Shown here: positions 50,636 to 59,447 of the stretch, piece after piece
How positions within the stretch are numbered: position 1 is the first letter of the stretch
Layout: each line of letters opens with the position of its first letter
Assembly: GCA_051942205.1 (NCBI GenBank)
Contig: JAVECO010000008.1
Coordinates: 124,001-188,000, forward strand
Source: Coniocarpon cinnabarinum
Lineage: Eukaryota
Direction of reading: 5' to 3'
Length of the DNA stretch: 64,000 nucleotides
Position numbers and translations under genes: made by a program
The notes under the pieces: generated by a model
The model's database searches: none
What the model saw: the letters and a program-made list of their open reading frames with translations, nothing else
What the model was told of the DNA's origin: nothing

Positions 50636-52480
50636 ATGGGCATTGCACACTCAACGCACACTGGCTCAATCACGAGTACTTCGACACCTATCTCTACCTC
50701 GACAGAATGCACCTCGTCCATGATCGGGCCCGCCTCGAGTTCCTCTGCTTCTATGATGTTTGACACAGCCACGGCAACACCTGCAATCACTCCGATACCT
50801 GAGACACAGCTGCAGAGCTTGACTACTCGGACGAAGTTTCCCTCAAGATCCAGCAAGCCTCGCAAGCATTGTACAACTGCTCATCGCTGTGGCGAAAGCC
50901 ATACCGACACATATACGATTTTTGATGACACCAGCTCGTCAGAGATGTCGTCCAGCAGCGGCTCTTCTGTGGTGTCTTCTAGCAGTTCTGCCTCGAGCTC
51001 TCCGACTTCGATTACATTTGACACAGCTACAGCAACACCTGCAATCACCCCGATTCCTGAGACTCAATTGCAGAGCCTGACGACCCGGACGAAGTTTCCC
51101 TCCAGATCCAGCAAGCCGCGCAAGCATTGTACCACCGCTCACCACTGTAGTGAAAGCCAAAGCGACACACACACGATTACTGAAGACAGCAGCTCGTCAG
51201 CGGTGTCGTCTAGCATCGGGTCATCTGTGGTGTCTTCAAGCAGTTCAGTAGAGACACCACCCCCGCCACCGCCTGTTGTTACCGTGACTGTGACCACTCA
51301 CCCACTCAATGAGACTAAGGTCACAAGCACGTCGTGCACCACCGTGACAGCGAGCTCGGATTGCTCCAGCACAACGAGCTGCGTTCTGAACAGCACGGTG
51401 TATCCAACCGAGCCTGCGACCGAGACCTCGATCTGGACCGTCACTTCGGTCACTGCATTGTGCAATACTGTCCCCTCGACATCAACCACTTGGTTCTACA
51501 CGACCGAGTCGTGCAAGCTGCCTACGCCAGGTTCCAAGCCACGTACCAAGCCAGGTTCCAAGACTACCAGCTCGAGCGCGCAGAAGCCTGATCCAGTCTG
51601 CGAATCTTGCTTCAAACATGCCACCCCTTCGGCGACACCGACATCAACCCCTCCTGCCGAGGACCCAGCGACGACGATCTACATGACCACGAGACTCACC
51701 GTATACCAGCCTGCGCCCACCGAGAAGACAGGTTTCGGTTGGAAAGGCCCCGGTCATGGACCAATCAAGTCTGCACACATCTGCAACGACGACGACGAGT
51801 GGTGCAAGCGAAGCGTCCCGATTAAGGATCCCTGGGGTGGACGCTTCGAAAGCACCAGTGACAGTGACGAGCTTCCTGATACCGGCTACGGCTTGCCTCG
51901 GCCAGAAGACGATCAATTCTGGTATACCAGCACACATACGGGCAGTGGATCCGCCGATACGACTAAGACGACTGAAACGCCCTCGCCCTTGTCATCTGAG
52001 CGCAAAATGTCCGTCATCGCTACGAATGGTGTCGAAGTCCCTGCCATCGAAACCTCAACATTCAGCCGTCCGTCCCCGTCCAGTCTCCCTATCACCTTCA
52101 ATCACCCAACGTTGCAAAAACGAAAGCACCGTGTTGAAGAACCAGCGCCTTTGACGACGACGGTCACGCTCACGGCTGAGACCGAGTCACTGACTGCCGT
52201 GCAATGGGACGTCTCGACTTCGACGGTAATGCCGCCATGTCCAGCGCAGGAATGTCCAAAGCCAGTTGAGATCACAGCGGCGCCGGCAAGCACCGAGACG
52301 GTTTCTCTAGTCCGATATTTGACTGCGACTGAGTCGCGGGATTGTGATAGCAAGAAGGAAGTCACGGTCACAAAGACGGCGGCGAAGAAGCTACCTAGGA
52401 GGGCACGCGCTATGTGTAAGATTCACGGTGGCACGATTGTGCCGGTGCATGAGCAGGCGGGCAACTCGTTCAATTCGTGA
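50636..52480 (+). CDS. Ser/Thr/Pro-rich mucin-like protein with an internal duplication; N-terminus uncertain
   Basis: 614-aa ORF, very S/T-rich with scattered Cys. The duplicated segment differs mainly at synonymous sites, which supports coding status. No clear signal peptide or GPI signal in the ORF as called. Confidence 0.75.
   Translation: MGIAHSTHTGSITSTSTPISTSTECTSSMIGPASSSSASMMFDTATATPAITPIPETQLQSLTTRTKFPSRSSKPRKHCTTAHRCGESHTDTYTIFDDTSSSEMSSSSGSSVVSSSSSASSSPTSITFDTATATPAITPIPETQLQSLTTRTKFPSRSSKPRKHCTTAHHCSESQSDTHTITEDSSSSAVSSSIGSSVVSSSSSVETPPPPPPVVTVTVTTHPLNETKVTSTSCTTVTASSDCSSTTSCVLNSTVYPTEPATETSIWTVTSVTALCNTVPSTSTTWFYTTESCKLPTPGSKPRTKPGSKTTSSSAQKPDPVCESCFKHATPSATPTSTPPAEDPATTIYMTTRLTVYQPAPTEKTGFGWKGPGHGPIKSAHICNDDDEWCKRSVPIKDPWGGRFESTSDSDELPDTGYGLPRPEDDQFWYTSTHTGSGSADTTKTTETPSPLSSERKMSVIATNGVEVPAIETSTFSRPSPSSLPITFNHPTLQKRKHRVEEPAPLTTTVTLTAETESLTAVQWDVSTSTVMPPCPAQECPKPVEITAAPASTETVSLVRYLTATESRDCDSKKEVTVTKTAAKKLPRRARAMCKIHGGTIVPVHEQAGNSFNS
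50759..51247 (+). repeat. Intragenic tandem duplication, period 258 nt (86 codons), two copies
   Basis: Copies start at 50759 and 51017 (TTTGACACAGC...). Both encode FDTATATPAITPIPETQLQSLTTRTKFPSRSSKPRKHCTTAH. Confidence 0.95.
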
Positions 52481-52621
52481 CGTGTGTGTGCAAGCGGTGC
52501 ATTGTTCGATGTTGAAGCGGCAGAGTGGGTAGTATGGTGTGACACGGTCGGGTGAAGATGCGGTGATGGTTGGCTGAGAGAGTGTGGGTAATTGTTTGGC
52601 TGGAGGTAATGGCTAATGAGT

Positions 52622-54895
52622 TCATTGCGTTCTCTGCAATACGGCTACTGACTCTACGTGGGCTGTCTGTGGGAAGAAGTCGAAACCTTGCAAACTCTCT
52701 AATACATACCTGGGTCCTGTTCTCTTCTTGTCAACATCCTCACATTTCGGTTCCTCATTGCCTTCTCTTTGCTCTTCATGTCCATGACCATCTGACCTAT
52801 CCCGCTCTCCTCCCTTCACCTCATCCACTTCCTTCCCCTCTCCTTCTTTCTCAGCCTCCTCGGCCTCCCTATTCCCTTCCCTCTTCCCATCACTACTGCT
52901 ATCTCCAACCCTTCCAGCCTTCAGAAGCCACCCCACATCTCTCGCCTGAGTATGCACATTACAACTCACATACACAATCCTTGCTGGTCCAAACTGAAAT
53001 AACTGCGTGAGAAACCCTTCATCGCAGCCTTTGCGCGGCGGGTCGATTATCACGGCCGTGGTGTCGGGAGTGAAGATTTTGTAATCGGCGGAAGCGAAGA
53101 GGCTGCTTGCGTCGCCGGTTGTGAAGGTTATGTTGGGGTGATTGGGGTCATTCGGTGCGCTGGACGGAGGCGCAGTAGATGAAGTGGTTGATCTGGCAGT
53201 TCGCGCATCCGTGGATGCAGCGGGGGATGAAGTCGCCGTCTGTGCCCCGGCAGAAGCGGCTGTCTCTATAGCAGATGATGTGGTGGTTGATGACTTGGCG
53301 GTGGCCGGGTATGATTGACCTCTTTGGGTCGACGCGGGGTTGTGAGAAGGGGAGGAGGGAGAAAGGCCGTTCAGACGCCGATTCTCGGTTGCGGCGCGGA
53401 TTGATTCGGAGGATATGTCGATGCCCAATGTGTTTTGGAAGAGGGGGACGAGTGTTAGTGAGAAGAGGCCGGAGCCGCAGTAGGCGTCGATGAGATTTGT
53501 GATTTTGGGTCTTGTTGCTGTTGGCTTTGTGGCTGTAGACGCAGTATGTTCGTTCAGGTGACTGGTAGAAGATGGATACGGTGATGGCGGCGCGAGTACG
53601 TGATCGCGGATGTAATCCACGAAGCGAGGGAGGATAGCGTTGTTATTTTGGAAGAAGGCGTTGGCGTTGTTTTTGAAGATTGTGCTGCCAACGTACTCGG
53701 TTGTATAGGCATGGTGGTCCGATATGCATTGTTTTTCAATGACATGGTCTGACTCTGGTCCAGGATCGTGCAGCGTCGTCGATGGATCTTTGGTCTCACT
53801 TCCTGCCTGCTCCTTAGACTCGCTAGCACGCTTCTGAGATTGATCTTTGAGATCAGCTCTGGGAATCCTCCTTGCAGTCTCCCTCAACAAAACAGTCGCC
53901 CCCCGCTGATACCTATCCAACTCTCTCACTACTCGTTTCCGCTCACGCACCAATCCCTTCTGCACCGTCTCCGTCCCAATCGGACACTCCTCAACATCCA
54001 AAACCCGCCTACTCCCATCCGCCCGATTAAATCCAATATCCGGCACCGTCTCCCAGTGAACTTTCTCCCCATGACGCCGTGCCCTCCGAGAAGTCGGCGG
54101 CGCGTCGAAATGCGGCGTCAGTTTCGTGCGATACCCGTATTGCAGCGGACTTCCAATCGTTTCTGCAACGGATGGGACTTCATGAGCGGTGAGGGTAGAA
54201 AAATTACGATAGGCGCGCCCGATGATGCGGCGTTTGTGCTCCAGTTGCTTAGAGTAGGGGAGGGGTTGGAATTGGCAGCCGGAGCAAAGACCGAAGTATT
54301 TGCATTTCACGAGGGTGTCGTCGCGGTCTGGAGAGGGGGTGGTGATGGCGATGGGAAAGGCAGAGGAGTAGGCGGGGGATGTGGTTGTTGCGGCGGTGTG
54401 GCGGGTTATTCGCGCTGTGAGTGTGTCGCCGGGGTAGGCGAAGGGAACGACGTAGGGACGTTGATCGTGGATGGCGATGCCGGCGCCGGTGGAGCTGAGG
54501 GTTGTGATAGTCAGGGTGATCTCTTCATCTAGGAGTGGGAGATGTGGCGACGACTCCGAGTCCGGTGCAGACGCAGATGATGTGTCAGAGAGGCGGAGTG
54601 ACGCCAGCACATCGTTGAGGTCGTGGGCGAGGACCTCGTCGTGCGAGCCTTGAGACCGCTCGGGAGTCTTCTTGTGCTTCTTAGAGGCTCCTCGAGGTGG
54701 GCGTTCTTGCGACGGGTCTGGGACGCGGCGTTTGGGTTTGGACATAATAGGCGATCTATCACCAGTGTTGCGTGCGTGTAATGCAAGATGGTGAGCAGAC
54801 CTCCACTTCGCGCTGCGATGCGAATTTAAGGACACCCTTATTGGACGCCCTATCAATAAAGACAGTTTTGGGAAAGCTGCTGTTCTTGTATTCAT
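52622..54895 (-). CDS. TRM2: tRNA (uracil-54-C5)-methyltransferase Trm2 (TRAM and RlmD-like domains)
   Basis: VVPFAYPGD, CKYFGLCSGCQFQ, YGYRTKLTPHF, AFFQNNNAIL, DAYCGSGLF, IDPPRKGC, IVYVSCN and FDFFPQTAHVES. ATGs at 54895 and 54745. Confidence 0.94.
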   Translation of the reverse strand: MNTRTAAFPKLSLLIGRPIRVSLNSHRSAKWRSAHHLALHARNTGDRSPIMSKPKRRVPDPSQERPPRGASKKHKKTPERSQGSHDEVLAHDLNDVLASLRLSDTSSASAPDSESSPHLPLLDEEITLTITTLSSTGAGIAIHDQRPYVVPFAYPGDTLTARITRHTAATTTSPAYSSAFPIAITTPSPDRDDTLVKCKYFGLCSGCQFQPLPYSKQLEHKRRIIGRAYRNFSTLTAHEVPSVAETIGSPLQYGYRTKLTPHFDAPPTSRRARRHGEKVHWETVPDIGFNRADGSRRVLDVEECPIGTETVQKGLVRERKRVVRELDRYQRGATVLLRETARRIPRADLKDQSQKRASESKEQAGSETKDPSTTLHDPGPESDHVIEKQCISDHHAYTTEYVGSTIFKNNANAFFQNNNAILPRFVDYIRDHVLAPPSPYPSSTSHLNEHTASTATKPTATRPKITNLIDAYCGSGLFSLTLVPLFQNTLGIDISSESIRAATENRRLNGLSPSSPSHNPASTQRGQSYPATAKSSTTTSSAIETAASAGAQTATSSPAASTDARTARSTTSSTAPPSSAPNDPNHPNITFTTGDASSLFASADYKIFTPDTTAVIIDPPRKGCDEGFLTQLFQFGPARIVYVSCNVHTQARDVGWLLKAGRVGDSSSDGKREGNREAEEAEKEGEGKEVDEVKGGERDRSDGHGHEEQREGNEEPKCEDVDKKRTGPRYVLESLQGFDFFPQTAHVESVAVLQRTQ

Positions 54896-55070
54896 CAAAT
54901 GCGCACCTAATGCTGTTTGACAGGCGCTGGAACGTCTCTATCCCTATTTCCAGTCCTACTACTGGAGATTGTGGGGTGTCGAGATATGTTTGGATGGCCT
55001 AACGCCTGTTATTGCATTCAAACATGAGGCCTTCTGTCATGCTGGGCTTTTTTTCTGCAGTAGTAAGGGA

Positions 55071-55327
55071 AGCGATAGATGAGAAAGGTTTTTTCGATCA
55101 GCGGCTTCGAGGGGGCTCGCCTGTTCATTAGTGGCTATCTAGCGGCCTTAAGCCCCCGTCTCACAGGGCTCCAAGCCCTAAAACTATCCCTGCCACCCCC
55201 TGAGCCTGTCGCCCAACAGGGGCCGCCATCAGCTTCGCCACAGAGCTGCTAGCCACTATATAGATTCATCTTCTCATTGACTTCTCAGGTCCCAGGTAAA
55301 AACAGTAGGAGCCACCGTAGCATCGCT
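55071..55327. ncRNA. Candidate structured RNA or inverted-repeat element of unknown class
   Basis: Nested complementary segments: 55129-37/55250-58 (9 bp), 55142-47/55221-26, 55165-70/55174-79, 55205-09/55216-20, 55230-34/55244-48 and 55079-85/55271-77. It matches no RNA family I recognise. Confidence 0.3.
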
Positions 55328-55537
55328 GCAAGGAGCACGAGGCCGTGTATAGTATTCTGCCGTGTTACATTACGCCAAAGTACTTCGTGTTTACATAAAG
55401 CAAACTGTTAATCAATAACATTGCAAGGAACTCCCTCCGCCTCTTGCTGCTGTCAAACGCAGCCTTGTTGATGGCGGTTGACAGCACCTCATCCTTGATG
55501 ATGATCACCAAGTGATTGACTTTGCGTCTTTGTCGCT

Positions 55538-58500
55538 CTATGCCCGTGGCACCCAGCGCTCCCAATCATCAGGTAAGTCGAGCGGTGGTACCAATATATT
55601 AAACAGATCCGGCATTTCTGGTACCATCTGGGGCTTTCCCTTCAGTTTTTCTATTGTGGGGTACAAGAATTCTAGTATTCTGTCACAGCTGGTATCTTTG
55701 TACCAACTGTCGTTTTCTGCGTTTTCTGCACGCAGCCATTGTGCACACTGCTCGAAAGCGGTTGCGGTCAGTTGCAGCACTTCAACAGTAGACACGGATT
55801 TTTTGTCGTCTGAAGTGTCAAGGTTAACGCTAAAGTTGGGAGGGTTGAGCCCCGTGTCGAGGATGAGCCACAAATTATGAACTACAGGCAAGAGCTCCCA
55901 ATACGTAGACCTCCAATACTTCCAATACTTCAATCCTTTGTGAACAAGCACGCACAGGAAGTGGATCAGTCGCCCGTATAAACATGTGAGAACGACCACG
56001 TCACAGGACACTGCAAGCGCGGTGACACGGGGACTGAGCTGGCTATCCCCTGGTGGACTTTCCTGACATGATTCGAAATCCTTCCAGAGACCAGAATATA
56101 ATGTAAGTACATCAATGCTCGAGACGTGACGATCATCTGGACGAGCATCTGTCGGATGAACCAGGTTGAAATGCATGTACCTACGAACATCTTGAATCGA
56201 ATCACTTAGATAATCATGAAAGCTGATCCAAGTAAGTATATACAGCTGTCTCTTATTTCCGATGGAACTCCAAAATGGCTCTACAAAGGTTAGACGCAGT
56301 AACTTAAAATTCTCGCTGGAGCAAGCGATGCCAAGGAAAGCCAGCTGAGGCTCCGTTCTCGTAGCAGATGAAACGTAATGTGGTATCGGATCGGTCTGCG
56401 TAGTGAATTGTCCGACTTTTGCTGGAAGATCGTGAAACTTATAGCGAGCCTGATACCATGCAGAGAGATAGCAAGTGATCTGCTCACGACACTCGCTTCG
56501 AGTGACAACGTGGTGCATGACTCCTAAAAACTCGTATACAAACAGAACTATGACGTTGTCAGCCGTGATGGCATTGCTGACGCTTGTCCAGGGGCACAGC
56601 ATAGCCATATATAGGCTTATGTCAGATGGATCGATTTCATCAGTCCTCGTTTGAAAATTGGCCTGTTCCAGGAAATCATCAACGCTGCGATGCAAAAGAC
56701 TAATTGTGTGATGTCCTAAAATTCCATCTTGGCTTACAGAAAGAAAGTGAGAGCACCGGCTTCTTACGCGTCGCTTCATGGTGTCCACAAAGGACGCTCG
56801 CAAGTGGTCGCTTTCGTTCAGCGACTCAGCAAGCCAATTGGAATTAGCCACGCTGTAATTGCGCCATGAGATCAAAAGTTCAACGGTACAAAAGAATTCT
56901 TCCCTCGAACAGGCTCTAACAAAGTTCAGAATCTGTAAAGCCTCTCTGCGATGCTCAGTCGGCAAGTCGTCTAAGATGCTTTGATAGAGATCGTTGAGTT
57001 TAGTTGGCATTTTGGTAAGACGATGTTGCAGCTCAGCCAGTGTATCGCCTTCCCTGAATCCCTCGAGAAGTGAGGCCACGACGGCTTTAACCCAAAGAAT
57101 GACTCCAGCAGCAGACTTCAAAATCTCCTCGATTAGTGACTCAAAAGCCGCCTCCTCTACAGAAGCGCGCGCGCGAACGGCCGTATGGCTGTAGAAGGCT
57201 TGACGAACTATTCCCTCGATGTCGAACCTTGTCCACTCGTGAAGAATGACTTTGTCCTCGCCAAAGTGATCATCAAATGCTTGGAGGTCGCGTGCTGCGA
57301 TGAAGATCTTGAGGTAGCTTACGTGCGCAATGCCTTCGAGGAACCGGGTCATCGCAGGAATGGCGTCCGCAAACTCATCCAACCCGTCTAGAAATAAGCA
57401 AACCTTGCCTCTCTGCTCTATCGACTGTATAAATTCTTGCCAAAGTTGTGTGAGCTCGTCAACGGAGAGCGGAAGCTCGGCGAAGCGTGCGCTTACATCA
57501 GAAGAAGTGCAGGCGAGCACTTGATGCCACCTGTGTTTTTTGAAGACCTTGACAGCGTAATCAGAATCCTGCTCGAAAACTTGCAGCAGAACGCTCTGAA
57601 GGAATCCACGTATTGAGTGCTGCATCTCGTCGCCGCTTTTGAAGGCGAAGAATTTGATTGTGAAGAGGGTCTTGTCATGAGCCCATTTCTCGATCAAGCT
57701 GTGGCAAGTCGAGTTGGACACCAGCATCTTCGTCAGAGTAGACTTGCCACTACCCGGCTTGCCTACAATACGAAAAATGCCATGTCCACTTTCCAGCCAT
57801 TCTCGAAAGCCGCAAGGGTCTGCTTTGGAATGTGCCCTTTCCTTTGGGATTTCCCGACTTTCCCACATTGCTTCTGTACAGCCTTCGATGAACCATTTAT
57901 AGGTGTCTTCTTGAGCCTTTTCGATGTTGCGCTCTCGTGTGTTCACTGTGGGGAAACGAAACAGTCCCATGAGACGCTCGCTCCACGAAATGTCTGAAAT
58001 GTCACCTCGTGGCCGTTCCCACAGTGACGTCTCGGACAAACTCTGCTCAAGTCTTGTGATACGGTCATTGAAAGTGTTTAGACGGCTTCGCGCTTCTACA
58101 TTGTCAGGCTCCTCAGAGCCAGGCTGAAGTGCGCTAATATTATCGAAGGCCTGGCGGCCGCTGCTGATATTCTCACAAATCAAGGCTGAGATCGTATCCA
58201 ATTTGGTAAACAACGTCGTGTTTTGGCTTTCCAATCTCCTCAGGGTTTCGGAAGCTTGGTCGAGCGTCTGCTTTTGGTGTACTTGCGCGCCTCGTGTCAT
58301 TCCTGAGTCAGAGCTGACAACCATCAGAATAAGGACTGAAAGCTATTGTCTTTATGACTTGCCTGATTTCGACAACAAGTGCAAACTGTGCCTGAGCACG
58401 TAGATTGTTCAGACGCTTTTGAAGGCTCTCGATGCGGTCTTTGGATGACAAGATTCTTCTCCCTTGACGGACACTTTTCACTGCGCGGCGAAACCCTGTC

Positions 58501-58802
58501 TCTTGGTCGCCCACCTCCAATCTGGCAAGTCCATCTTCTAATTCTTGGCCCACCGCTTCACACTGTGCTGCGACAGCTAAAAGACTTCCCTCAGCGTGTG
58601 GGTGCGGCTCTGCGACTCGAGACTGGAGTTTCGACATGAGTCCCGCGAGATTCGTCTTCACAAGGGCCAGTTCAGCTCGCTCGGGCTTTGAAGTGCCTCT
58701 GTAAAGGTGAACGCTCTCTTTGAAGAGCTTCGACGCAGAGTCGGTGAACTGCAAGATGTTCCCGGCGAGCGCAATGGCTGAAAGAGGCTCCATGGCAGCC
58801 AA
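55538..58802 (-). CDS. Fungal NLR-like protein: N-terminal helical (SesA/HeLo-like) domain, NACHT, non-repeat C-terminus
   Basis: N-terminus MEPLSAIALAGNILQFTDSASKLF. RERNIEKAQEDTYKWF, Walker A GKPGSGKSTL, Walker B LFLDGLDEF, AAGVILWVKAVVASLLEG and SLLHRSVDDFL. A GC-AG intron (58362-58314) joins the two ORFs in frame. Confidence 0.88.
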
Positions 58803-59447
58803 GGTAACAGAACTATGACCTGCCTTGCACGTCGCGATGAAGTCTATTCAGGAGTATGATAAAAAGGTCGAAAGTGGTTGAGGGTCGATCGCAAGCCAGC
58901 CACACAATCTGCCTCGCGGCAGTGCAGGATACATAGTTACAAGAGTCTTGCCCATTACTCGGCGGCAATGCAAGGCGGTCCCATAGAAATGCGTGGTCTT
59001 GCCGCTGCCAACCCATGTACAGCGCATCGTCTCTGGACCTCATTTTTGTGGGGGGACAGAGTGAAACAATCCTCGTTTCAAAGCGGCAGCTGAAGTGAAG
59101 GCTCTGTCCGACTCCAGAATCACGAGAGTATTGCTACGAGGATAGGCTCAGGAAGCGGAGGCTACGATAGACGTTCGGTAGAATTGAGCCACTTGAGACT
59201 GAACGAAGTGAGAAAATAGGGGGTCGAATGCAATGACGTACCTTGGTCAGATTGATGGAACTTCTCTCGCGGCTACATAAACACATGTCTACAGGCAAAG
59301 TTCCACCGAGTTCGCCTCTCCAATCCACACCTTGAATAGGTGCAGATATACTCGAATTTCGTACACGCTACTCCTTGGCCGCTTGTAGAATACCAGACAA
59401 ATGCTGCCTTGCCCCAAAAAACGCCATTTCCTGCAACTGCGTTATTC

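Noticed and set aside
50759..51247. Kex2-processed repeat or RiPP (dikaritin) precursor
   Set aside because: No clear signal peptide, repeats not delimited by KR sites, and no DUF3328/UstY gene in the window.
55111..55190. HDV/CPEB3-like ribozyme or RNase MRP suggested by GGGGGCT/AGCCCCC and minus-strand ACGGGGGCTTA
   Set aside because: P3/L3/P1.1 geometry does not fit HDV, and the MRP CR-I (GAAAGUCCCC-like) element is absent.
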